Made by a program: the position numbers and the translations under genes. Positions 21,620 to 30,923 of a DNA stretch of 64,000 nt are shown one piece after another; the first letter of the stretch is position 1; each line of letters begins with the position of its first letter. Source of the DNA: Eubacteriales bacterium (GTDB lineage Bacteria > Bacillota > Clostridia > Lachnospirales > Lachnospiraceae); contig JAUNGB010000020.1 of NCBI GenBank assembly GCA_030524715.1, positions 306-64,305 of the forward strand. The letters are read 5' to 3'. The notes below the pieces were generated by a model, which worked only from the letters and a program-made list of their open reading frames with translations, made no database searches and was not told the DNA's origin.

Positions 21620-22483
21620 ATGTTAGTAAGTGCAGCAGAAATGTTGAAAAAAGCAAAAGCTGGTCATTATGCAGTAGGCCAGTTCAACATCAACAACCTT
21701 GAATGGACAAAAGCAATTCTGTTAACAGCTCAGGAGCTGAACTCCCCGGTTATCCTTGGTGTATCCGAGGGCGCAGGCAAATACATGGCTGGTTACAAGA
21801 CTGTTGTTGGAATGGTTAAAGGAATGATCGAAGAGCAGAACATCACTGTTCCGGTAGCTCTTCACCTTGACCACGGCAGCTACGAAGGATGCCTGAAATG
21901 CGTAGAAGCAGGCTTCTCTTCCATTATGTTCGATGGTTCCCATTACCCGATCGAAGAAAACGTTGCTAAGACGAAAGAACTGGTTAAAATCTGTGCAGAG
22001 CACGGAATGTCTCTGGAAGCAGAGGTTGGTTCTATCGGCGGCGAAGAAGACGGCGTGATCGGCATGGGCGAATGCGCAGATCCTCAGGAGTGCAAGATGG
22101 TTGCTGATCTGGGAATCGACTTCCTTGCAGCTGGTATCGGCAATATCCATGGCAAATATCCGGCAAACTGGAAAGGCCTGAGTTTTGAAACCCTGGACGC
22201 CATCCAGAAGTTAACAGGCGATATGCCGTTAGTTCTTCACGGCGGCACAGGTATCCCGGCTGACATGATCAAGAAAGCTATCGACCTTGGCGTATCCAAG
22301 ATCAACGTAAATACAGAATGCCAGTTATCCTTCGCGGCAGCTACCCGTGAATACATTGAGGCAGGCAAGGATCAGCAGGGCAAGGGCTTTGACCCGCGTA
22401 AGCTTCTGGCTCCTGGCTTTGAAGCGATCAAGGCTACCGTTAAAGAAAAAATGGAATTATTCGGTTCCGTAGGCAAAGCTTGA
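21620..22483 (+). CDS. fba: Class II fructose-1,6-bisphosphate aldolase
   Basis: HLDHG, MFDGSH, GNIHG, LVLHGGTG and KINVNT motifs. Confidence 0.96.
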   Translation: MLVSAAEMLKKAKAGHYAVGQFNINNLEWTKAILLTAQELNSPVILGVSEGAGKYMAGYKTVVGMVKGMIEEQNITVPVALHLDHGSYEGCLKCVEAGFSSIMFDGSHYPIEENVAKTKELVKICAEHGMSLEAEVGSIGGEEDGVIGMGECADPQECKMVADLGIDFLAAGIGNIHGKYPANWKGLSFETLDAIQKLTGDMPLVLHGGTGIPADMIKKAIDLGVSKINVNTECQLSFAAATREYIEAGKDQQGKGFDPRKLLAPGFEAIKATVKEKMELFGSVGKA

Positions 22484-22540
22484 TTATATCAGCATAGCTG
22501 ACCCGAATCCGGCACTTGAATAATAAGAATAAAATGAACG

Positions 22541-22567
22541 AAGAGGACGGCGCATGCCGTCCTTTTT
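22541..22567 (+). terminator. Intrinsic terminator after fba
   Basis: AGGACGGC-GCAT-GCCGTCCT followed by TTTT. Confidence 0.8.
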
Positions 22568-22576
22568 GTTTAACCG

Positions 22577-22753
22577 AATCAAGGAAGTCCCCTGCTTCAT
22601 ATTGTGCTGAGCAATAAGCAGGGGTGGGGACTTGCTTGTCTCAGAAGGGGTTTAAGCCCCTTCTGAGAAGCCGCATAGCGGCTATTCGGTTATGAGCAAG
22701 TAGCGAAGCGGATTGCGAATATCTGCTTGACTAGAAGATGACTTCCTTATATT
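22577..22753. mobile_element. MITE/REP-like structured element
   Basis: Terminal inverted repeat AAGGAAGTC...GACTTCCTT enclosing several hairpins and a copy of the dispersed intergenic repeat. Confidence 0.5.
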
Positions 22754-22927
22754 CAGCTTCAGGATTTATTCGCAGGTCTTGGCGTGGAATTAAAGAACCT
22801 GCCCGGACAGGATAAACATTTCCGTCAAATTCCATATAAAACATGTTTAAATCTCATAGGATTGTTTATTGTCTTCTATCGAAAAATATGATAATATTTT
22901 TACATTAAAATCGTTCGGGGGTGCAAT

Positions 22928-23944
22928 ATGGTAACGATAAAGGATATGGCGGAGGAACTGGGAATCAGCACGACGACGGTGTCGAATGTTATTCACGGCA
23001 AAACCAGTGAAGTATCCCAAAAAACTGTAGAAAAAGTTGAAAAGCTTCTGGAAGAGTACGATTATGTGCCGAATATCAGCGCAAGGAATCTCGCGCGTAA
23101 TCGTTCCAAGATCATCGGCGTTGCAATGAAAAGCCGGAAGGATAAATACGAAAACATTATTGCGGATCCTTTCTTTGGAGAACTGCTTGGCGTAGTGGAG
23201 GCGGAGATCCGCTCCCGAGGGTATTATATGATGATTTATACTGCGGAGGATATCGGGGAAATTTTAAGGTATGTATCCACGTGGAATGTGGACGGGCTGA
23301 TTCTGGTGGGAATGCTTCACGACGACTTCGTCCGGATCAAGAGCAAATATAAAAAGCCGGTTATCCTTATAGACAGCTATGCGCCGAGGGATGTGGCGCA
23401 GTATGTGAACGTAGGGCTTGAGGATGAAAAGGGCGGATATCTGATGACAAAATATCTGCTTGATATGGGCCACCGCAAAATCGCGTTTCTTGCGGACAAC
23501 ATGGAGGGTGTGGACTATATAAGATACACCGGGCATCAAAGGGCTTATACGGAATATGGCCTGAAGAATGACCCGGAGGATCTGCTGATCATACGTCCGG
23601 GAATGATGGAACGGGAATCAAGCCTGATGGAAATTTATGAAATGTCCAAGAATTACACGGCCTTTATGTGCTGTTCCGACTATTATGCCGTAATGCTGAT
23701 GAACTATTTAAGCGAGAGGGGAGTCCGAATTCCGGAGGATTTGTCCTTTACCGGCTTTGATAACAATATGCTGGCAAGGGTTGTCCGTCCTGCCCTTACA
23801 ACTGTGAAGCAGGATGTCAGGAAGAAGGGAACCGTCGCCGTAAAATGTCTGGTGGATATGATCCATGGAAGCGTTCCGGAAGAAAATAACATTTTACTGC
23901 CTGTGGAATTGATCATCCGTGACAGCGTCCGGAAAATTGACTGA
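22928..23944 (+). CDS. LacI family transcriptional regulator
   Basis: TIKDMAEELGISTTTVSNV HTH; GFD...PALTTV. Confidence 0.95.
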   Translation: MVTIKDMAEELGISTTTVSNVIHGKTSEVSQKTVEKVEKLLEEYDYVPNISARNLARNRSKIIGVAMKSRKDKYENIIADPFFGELLGVVEAEIRSRGYYMMIYTAEDIGEILRYVSTWNVDGLILVGMLHDDFVRIKSKYKKPVILIDSYAPRDVAQYVNVGLEDEKGGYLMTKYLLDMGHRKIAFLADNMEGVDYIRYTGHQRAYTEYGLKNDPEDLLIIRPGMMERESSLMEIYEMSKNYTAFMCCSDYYAVMLMNYLSERGVRIPEDLSFTGFDNNMLARVVRPALTTVKQDVRKKGTVAVKCLVDMIHGSVPEENNILLPVELIIRDSVRKID

Positions 23945-24078
23945 AAATCAGACCTGTATGAAAAAAATGAATGAAAAAGAAGAATGTAAAGAGGTATTTG
24001 CTGCTATTTGTGCAATAGTGACAGATATCTCTTTTTTTGCGTGACGGACAGGTAAATTATGTTAAAAAATAAACAAAA

Positions 24079-24158
24079 CTTATGCGCAAAAGGGTATTGA
24101 CATTTCGGCAGAATGACGATAAAATAAGAATCACAAAACAACCTTATGCGCAAAAGGT
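24079..24158 (+). promoter_or_regulatory. Sigma-A promoter flanked by two LacI-type operators
   Basis: TTGACA (24097)-17 bp-TAAAAT (24120); CTTATGCGCAAAAGG at 24079 and 24143. Confidence 0.75.
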
Positions 24159-24196
24159 GAACGTAACAAAAAACAAATTTTATGAGGTGATTGAAG

Positions 24197-25459
24197 ATGA
24201 AAAAGAGATTAATGGCTACACTGTTAACAGGTGCTATAGTTGCAGCATCTTTGCCGGCAGCACTTCCGGTTTACGCAGCAGATACCGAACTTCGTATGGT
24301 AAACGGTAAAATCGAGATCGACGCTCAGTTAAAGGCTTACGCAGAAGCTTATGAAGAGGAAACAGGCGTTAAGGTCACGATCGAATCTCTTGGCGGCGGC
24401 GTTGATATCAACGGCCAGTTGAAGAACTACTATGCGGCAGGAAACATGCCTGACATCTTCTGCTTCGCACAGGATTCCTATCAGTCTTTCAAAGACTGGC
24501 TGGAGCCCCTTGACGGAGAAGCATGGATTGATGATACGGACTATGAATTTGTAGGCGAGGACGGCAAGGTTTACGGATTTCCGTTTGCTGTAGAGGGTAT
24601 CGGAATGGTTTACAATAAGGACATTCTGGATAAAGCCGGAATCGATCCTGCAACTCTTACTACCATCGACGCTTATAAAGCAGCTTTTGAAACTATCGAC
24701 GGAATGAAGGACGAGCTTGGTATTCAGGCAGTTTGCTCCGTAGCGGCAGAGTCCGGACAGATGTACTGGTCCACAGGTAACCATATGATGGCAACCTACT
24801 ATGCACAGGGCGTAGAGCGCGGCGATACAACATTAGTTGATAAGGCAAACGCAGGCGAGATCGACACAGAACGTATGGGCCAGTTTGCAGACTGGGTTGG
24901 CTTACTGTTCCAGTATGCAGATCCGAACGTACTTGTTTCCGGAACCTATGACGACCAGCTTGCACTGTGGGCACAGGGCAAGGCAGCTTTCATCACCCAG
25001 GGTAACTGGATTGATCCTTCCCTTCCTACATACGACGTATCCTTTGACTGCGGACTTGCTCCGTGCGCATTCTCCACAGAAGAGACAGACGGTATCCTTG
25101 TAGACGCTCCTTCCTTCTGGGGTATTTATAAAGACAGTGAAAACGTTGACGCAGCAAAAGCTTTCTTCCAGGCAATCTCTTCCACAGAAGCAGGACAGAA
25201 ATGCCTTGTAGAAGAATGCGGTACTGTATCTCCGTTTAAATCCTGCGAACTGGTACCAAGCACTCCTCTGGCAGCAAGCATGATTCCATACATTCAGGAC
25301 GGAAAGACCTATGCATGGGATTGGTTATGGCAGAAAGAGGGCGTTGCTCAGAACGCAACGGGTCTGGTATTCGAGGCATATGCTAAAGGTGACCTGGATA
25401 GAGACGGATTTGTAGACATGATGGCAAGTACAATTGCTGATTACATGGCTGCCAACTAA
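24197..25459 (+). CDS. Sugar ABC transporter substrate-binding protein
   Basis: Signal peptide, MPDIF, GKVYGFP and YNKDIL motifs. Confidence 0.9.
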   Translation: MKKRLMATLLTGAIVAASLPAALPVYAADTELRMVNGKIEIDAQLKAYAEAYEEETGVKVTIESLGGGVDINGQLKNYYAAGNMPDIFCFAQDSYQSFKDWLEPLDGEAWIDDTDYEFVGEDGKVYGFPFAVEGIGMVYNKDILDKAGIDPATLTTIDAYKAAFETIDGMKDELGIQAVCSVAAESGQMYWSTGNHMMATYYAQGVERGDTTLVDKANAGEIDTERMGQFADWVGLLFQYADPNVLVSGTYDDQLALWAQGKAAFITQGNWIDPSLPTYDVSFDCGLAPCAFSTEETDGILVDAPSFWGIYKDSENVDAAKAFFQAISSTEAGQKCLVEECGTVSPFKSCELVPSTPLAASMIPYIQDGKTYAWDWLWQKEGVAQNATGLVFEAYAKGDLDRDGFVDMMASTIADYMAAN

Positions 25460-25549
25460 GATCCGGTAGCGGATAGGCGGCTTTTATAGCCGCCTATCTA
25501 ATTTTTTACACTTTTTTTGGAAAAATTTGAGCAGAAGGGGGAATTTTCC

Positions 25550-26590
25550 ATGAATCAGGGTTCTAAGCGTACAGTTGCGCTTGCAGCTATCGTAATCGGA
25601 ATCGTTGCTATGGTCTATGCTCTGTTCCTGGACATTACAGGAAGCGAAAGCTCCATAAGAGGAGCAATTCTGATAATCGGAGCAGTTCTGGCAATTTTCG
25701 GAGCATACTGGATGCCGACAAGAAAGCACCGCATGATCATTAATGTGTTATTTCTGCTGCCATTGGTATTTACATTTCTGGTAACGGTTATTATTCCGTT
25801 CCTGCTTGGTATTTTCTATTCCATGACAGACTGGAACGGCGTTAAATTTGAAAACTTTGTAGGACTTGGAAACTATATTTCCATGTTTAAGAATCAGGAC
25901 TACCTGTATTCCTTTGTAATCACCTTTATTTTCACGGTTGTAAATATGATCGCCGTGAACGTAGTTGCCTTTGCGCTGGCTCTTTTGTGTACCTCCAAGG
26001 TAAAGGGACGCAACTTCTACAGAGCGGCATTCTTCCTTCCTAACCTGATCGGCGGTATCGTATTGGGCTATGTATGGCAGTTTATTTTTAACCAGGTATT
26101 AACAAGTATCTTTAAAGGCTCTCTTTCCATGCTGAGCGACCCGAACCTGGCGCTGGTTTGTATCCTGATCGTAAGCACCTGGCAGTATGCCGGTTATATT
26201 ATGATGATCTATGTAACAGGCCTTCAGGGCGTCCCCAAGGATATTCTGGAAGCGTCCAGCGTAGACGGGGCAAACGCTATGACGACTCTTGTAAAGATCA
26301 AGATGCCTATGATCGCCAATACATTTACCGTTTGTATTTTCCTGACGCTGGTCAACTCCTTCAAGCAGTTCGACGTGAACCTGGCATTGACCAACGGCGC
26401 GCCGAGCCGAATCCTTGGAGGAAAGATGGTAAAAGCAACAGAATTCCTGGCGTTGAATATTTATAACACTGCAATTGGTAAGAACCAGTATGCCCTTGGT
26501 CAGACTAAGGCGGTTGTATTCTTTATCATTCTTGCCATTGTATCTCTGACGCAGGTTTCCATCAGTAAGAAGAAGGAGGTTGAGATGTAA
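25550..26590 (+). CDS. Sugar ABC transporter permease
   Basis: FVGLGNY and EAA-loop variant EASSVDGA; multiple TM helices. Confidence 0.92.
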   Translation: MNQGSKRTVALAAIVIGIVAMVYALFLDITGSESSIRGAILIIGAVLAIFGAYWMPTRKHRMIINVLFLLPLVFTFLVTVIIPFLLGIFYSMTDWNGVKFENFVGLGNYISMFKNQDYLYSFVITFIFTVVNMIAVNVVAFALALLCTSKVKGRNFYRAAFFLPNLIGGIVLGYVWQFIFNQVLTSIFKGSLSMLSDPNLALVCILIVSTWQYAGYIMMIYVTGLQGVPKDILEASSVDGANAMTTLVKIKMPMIANTFTVCIFLTLVNSFKQFDVNLALTNGAPSRILGGKMVKATEFLALNIYNTAIGKNQYALGQTKAVVFFIILAIVSLTQVSISKKKEVEM

Positions 26591-27447
26591 TGAAAGCGCA
26601 AAAACATAGAACATGGATTGCAGAGATTATCGCATTGATTCTTGCTCTGTTCGTATTGTCTCCGTTCCTTCTGGTAGTGCTGAACTCAGCAAAGACCAGT
26701 GCGGATATCGTCATCAGCCCGATCTCTCTTCCGACTAACTGGGGCCAGATGATTACCAATATTAAGAACGTTGTCAATAATCAGAGCTTTGTTTACTGGA
26801 ACTCCTTCTTCAGCTCCCTTTTGATTACCGTAGTATCTCTGGCTCTTCTTGCCGTATGCTCCGGTATGGCCGCATGGGTTCTGGCAAGAAACAAGACGAA
26901 ATGGTCCAACTTTATTTTCATGCTGTTTGTATCCGCAATGGTTATTCCTTTCCAGGTGGTAATGCTTCCGTTGCTTTCTACCTTCAGGAGCGTTTCTGAT
27001 TTTACCGGAATCCAGATGCTCCAGAGCTATAAGGGGATTGTATTTGCCTATCTGGGATTCGGCGGTTCCATGTCCGTATTCATTCTCCACGGATTTGTAA
27101 AGGGTGTTCCTTACGAGCTGGAAGAGGCTGCATGGATCGACGGATGCTCGCCGGAAGGTACTTTCTTCAGAATTATCTTCCCGCTTCTGAAACCGTCACA
27201 GGTTACCGTATTGATCCTGAACGGTATCTGGATCTGGAACGACTACCTGCTTCCGTCCCTGATGCTTGGTCTGAACGGAAAGATCAAAACTCTTCCGGTT
27301 GCGGTAAGCAGCTTTGTCGGTTCTTATGTAAAACAGTGGGATTTGATCCTTACAGCCGCATTTTTGGCAATGATTCCGATCATTATTTTGTTCTTGTTTG
27401 CTCAGAAACAGATTATGCAAGGTATGGTGGATGGTGCCATTAAATAG
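26590..27447 (+). CDS. Sugar ABC transporter permease
   Basis: EEAAWIDG, WNDYL and GMVDGAIK motifs. Confidence 0.93.
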   Translation: MKAQKHRTWIAEIIALILALFVLSPFLLVVLNSAKTSADIVISPISLPTNWGQMITNIKNVVNNQSFVYWNSFFSSLLITVVSLALLAVCSGMAAWVLARNKTKWSNFIFMLFVSAMVIPFQVVMLPLLSTFRSVSDFTGIQMLQSYKGIVFAYLGFGGSMSVFILHGFVKGVPYELEEAAWIDGCSPEGTFFRIIFPLLKPSQVTVLILNGIWIWNDYLLPSLMLGLNGKIKTLPVAVSSFVGSYVKQWDLILTAAFLAMIPIIILFLFAQKQIMQGMVDGAIK

Positions 27448-27512
27448 CAGTTTCAGAAGGGGGCGCCTTTGGGAGCCCCCTTTTTCATTTCATAGGAAGG
27501 AATTATGATAAG

Positions 27513-29066
27513 ATGAGAGAAAGTGGAATTTTATTGCCGGTAAGCAGCCTTCCGGGAAAATACGGAATCGGATGTTTTTCCAAAGAGGCGTATCATTTTG
27601 TGGATCAACTGGTTAAGTCAGAGCAGAGGTACTGGCAGATTCTGCCTTTGGGCCCTACAAGCTACGGAGACTCCCCGTATCAGTCCTTTTCTACCTTCGC
27701 GGGCAATCCGTATTTTATCAGTCTTGAAGATCTGATCGAAGAGGGCGTACTCACCAGGGAAGAGTGCGACGCAGTCGATTTTGGGGATGAGGAAGGCAGC
27801 GTGGATTACAGTAAGATTTACGAGGGCCGTTTTCCGCTCCTGCGCAAGGCATACGAAAGAAGTAATATCGCGGAAAATCCTGAATTTGTCCGTTTCCAGG
27901 AGGAGAATGCCTGGTGGCTGGACGACTATTCCCTGTTTATGGCTGTCAAGGCAAGAATGGATCAGGTAAGCTGGGATCAGTGGCCGGAGGATATCCGTAA
28001 GCGCTGGGGCTACTCGCTGGATTATTACCGGAGAGAACTGTACTTCGAGATTGAATTTTATAAATATTTACAGTTCAAGTTTGACGAACAATGGAGAAAG
28101 CTGAAAGCTTACGCAAACGACAACGGCATCCGTATTATTGGAGACATTCCCATCTATGTAGCATTCGACAGCGCAGATACCTGGGCAAACCCGCAGCTTT
28201 TCCAGTTAGATGAGGAAAATATCCCTGTAGCGGTAGCCGGCTGCCCTCCGGACGGATTTGCGGCTGACGGACAGTTATGGGGGAATCCTCTGTACCGCTG
28301 GGATTACCACAGGCAGACAGGGTACGACTGGTGGATGAAGCGCCTGGCGCATTGCTTTCAGATGTATGATGTGGTGAGAATCGACCATTTCCGCGGATTT
28401 GACGAGTATTTCTCTATTCCTTATGGGGATAAAACAGCCCACAACGGCCACTGGGAAAAGGGACCGGGTATGGATTTCTTCTATACTATGCGGGAAAGGC
28501 TTGGCTGGAAGGAGGTCATTGCCGAGGATCTGGGCTATGTGACGGATTCCGTTCGCCAACTGGTACGCGACAGCGGTTTCCCGGGCATGAAGGTGCTGGA
28601 ATTTGCCTTTGATTCCCGCGACACCGGAAGCGCCAGCGATTATCTTCCGCACAATTACCCTACAAATTCCGTGGTTTACACAGGAACTCATGACAATGAG
28701 ACGCTTACGGGATGGTTTGGCGGAATCCTTAAGGAAGAACAGGAGATGCTGCGGAAATATCTTCATGATTTCCATACCCCTGCGGATAAGATCTACTGGG
28801 AGGTCATTTATCTGGTTATGGGCAGCGTGGCCCGGATGTGTATTATTCCCATGCAGGATTATCTGGGGCTGGATAATAAATCCCGGATGAATCAGCCTTC
28901 TACCCTTGGAACCAACTGGAAATGGAGGCTGAAGAAGGGACAGTTGGACGACGCCCTTCTGGATGAGATTCTGGAAGTGACTTCCATTTACGGCAGAAAA
29001 GCATGGCACCCGCAGAACAAAAAAGAAAATCAGAAGAATATAAAAAATCAGCAGGAAATCGGATAA
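27513..29066 (+). CDS. malQ: 4-alpha-glucanotransferase (GH77)
   Basis: WQILPLGP, GDIPIYV, RIDHFRG, AEDLG and YTGTHDN motifs. Confidence 0.95.
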   Translation: MRESGILLPVSSLPGKYGIGCFSKEAYHFVDQLVKSEQRYWQILPLGPTSYGDSPYQSFSTFAGNPYFISLEDLIEEGVLTREECDAVDFGDEEGSVDYSKIYEGRFPLLRKAYERSNIAENPEFVRFQEENAWWLDDYSLFMAVKARMDQVSWDQWPEDIRKRWGYSLDYYRRELYFEIEFYKYLQFKFDEQWRKLKAYANDNGIRIIGDIPIYVAFDSADTWANPQLFQLDEENIPVAVAGCPPDGFAADGQLWGNPLYRWDYHRQTGYDWWMKRLAHCFQMYDVVRIDHFRGFDEYFSIPYGDKTAHNGHWEKGPGMDFFYTMRERLGWKEVIAEDLGYVTDSVRQLVRDSGFPGMKVLEFAFDSRDTGSASDYLPHNYPTNSVVYTGTHDNETLTGWFGGILKEEQEMLRKYLHDFHTPADKIYWEVIYLVMGSVARMCIIPMQDYLGLDNKSRMNQPSTLGTNWKWRLKKGQLDDALLDEILEVTSIYGRKAWHPQNKKENQKNIKNQQEIG

Positions 29067-29152
29067 GAGGAAATCAGTTGAAAAACTGGTTGAAAAGATA
29101 TGGAAAGAAACCCTGTTAAAAAGGGAATCCTATAAGAAAGGAACTTATAAAA

Positions 29153-30820
29153 ATGAAAAGAACATGGTGGAAAGAAGCGGTTATTTATCAGATTTATCCA
29201 CGTAGTTTTATGGACAGCAACGGAGATGGGATCGGCGACCTCAAGGGAATCACCAGCCGTCTGGATTATCTGAAACAGTTGGGAATTGATGTGATCTGGC
29301 TGTCTCCGGTTTATCAATCTCCCAATGATGACAACGGCTATGATATCAGTGATTATCAGGCAATCATGAAGGAGTTCGGTACTATGGAGGACTTTGATGA
29401 GATGCTTGAAGAGGCGCATAAAAGAGGTATCCGCATTGTCATGGATCTGGTAGTAAACCATACCTCTGATGAACACCGCTGGTTTGTGGAGAGCCGCAAA
29501 TCAAAGGATAACCCTTACCGTGACTATTATATCTGGCGGGATGGGAAGGAGGACGGTTCCGCGCCCAATAACTGGGGCTCCTGCTTCGGAGGCTCCGCGT
29601 GGCAGTATGACGATGCAACCGATATGTATTATCTACACCTTTTCACAAAAAAACAGGCGGATCTGAACTGGGATAACCCCAAAGTGCGCCAGGAGGTTTT
29701 TGATATGATGACCTGGTGGTGTGAGAAGGGCATCGACGGCTTCCGTATGGATGTAATCAGCATGATCTCAAAAACGCCCGAGATGCCGGACGGTGAGGTT
29801 CATGATCTGTACGGTGATTACAATCCATATTGCGTGAACGGACCCAACGTACATAAATACCTGCAGGAAATGAATGAGAAGGTACTGTCAAAATACGATA
29901 TTATGACTGTCGGGGAAACTCCGGGCGTCACCACGGAGCTTGCCAAGCAGTATGCCGGTGAGGATACCCACGAACTGAATATGGTATTCCAGTTCGAGCA
30001 TGTGGAAGGCAACGGAAAATACGGCAAGTGGACAGACGAGAGAGTGCCTCTTACCAATCTGAAAAAAATCCTTTCCCGATGGCAGAACGAGCTGTACGGA
30101 AAAGCATGGAACAGCCTGTTTTGGGATAACCACGACCAGCCAAGAGCAGTCTCCCGTTTCGGGGACGACAGGCCGCAGTACAGAGAAGCGTCCGCGAAGA
30201 TGCTGGCGACCTGCCTTCACATGATGCAGGGATCCCCTTATATCTATCAGGGAGAAGAACTGGGAATGACTAACTATCCGTTCCAAAGCCCCGCGGACTT
30301 CCGGGATGTGGAAAGCATCAACGCCTATAAGGAATGGGTAGAGGACGGCGTGGTATCCCACGAAGTGTTCTGGCCCTGCCTGCTGACAAAGAGCCGGGAC
30401 AACGCCAGAACTCCGGTGCAGTGGGACGACACGGAGAATGCAGGCTTTACCACCGGCACTCCCTGGATCGCGGTAAACCCCAATTACAAAGAGATCAATG
30501 CAAAGGCGGAAATGGAAGATTCTGATTCTGTATTCCACTATTACAGGAAGCTGATCGCGCTCAGAAAAGAAAATCCGATTATGGTATACGGGAAATATGA
30601 GCTGCTTCTGGAGGAAAGCGAGGAATTGTATGTATATACCCGTACCTTGGAAGAAGAAAAGCTTCTGGTTGTCTGCAGCTTTACAGATAAAGAGACAGAG
30701 TTTACGATCCCGGAGGAATTTGCGGGCTGCGAATGCATGATCTCCAATACCGGAAACGCATATGAGGGCGGAACGGTTACACTGAAGCCTTACGAGGCCT
30801 TCGTACTCCATAAAAAATAA
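29153..30820 (+). CDS. Oligo-1,6-glucosidase / alpha-glucosidase (GH13_31-like)
   Basis: YQIYPRSF, DLVVNHTS, QADLNW, DGFRMDV and NHDQPR motifs. Confidence 0.92.
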   Translation: MKRTWWKEAVIYQIYPRSFMDSNGDGIGDLKGITSRLDYLKQLGIDVIWLSPVYQSPNDDNGYDISDYQAIMKEFGTMEDFDEMLEEAHKRGIRIVMDLVVNHTSDEHRWFVESRKSKDNPYRDYYIWRDGKEDGSAPNNWGSCFGGSAWQYDDATDMYYLHLFTKKQADLNWDNPKVRQEVFDMMTWWCEKGIDGFRMDVISMISKTPEMPDGEVHDLYGDYNPYCVNGPNVHKYLQEMNEKVLSKYDIMTVGETPGVTTELAKQYAGEDTHELNMVFQFEHVEGNGKYGKWTDERVPLTNLKKILSRWQNELYGKAWNSLFWDNHDQPRAVSRFGDDRPQYREASAKMLATCLHMMQGSPYIYQGEELGMTNYPFQSPADFRDVESINAYKEWVEDGVVSHEVFWPCLLTKSRDNARTPVQWDDTENAGFTTGTPWIAVNPNYKEINAKAEMEDSDSVFHYYRKLIALRKENPIMVYGKYELLLEESEELYVYTRTLEEEKLLVVCSFTDKETEFTIPEEFAGCECMISNTGNAYEGGTVTLKPYEAFVLHKK

Positions 30821-30841
30821 AGGTAAATAAAAAGCAGAAGA

Positions 30842-30876
30842 AAAAAATCCCCCCGCGGTGTCCTGCGGGGGGATTT
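30842..30876. terminator. Bidirectional terminator between convergent glucosidase genes
   Basis: AAATCCCCCCGC...GCGGGGGGATTT hairpin. Confidence 0.75.
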
Positions 30877-30923
30877 GCGGCTTGATGCTGTCATGCCGCA
30901 TGAGGTGATTGCGATTTTAGATA

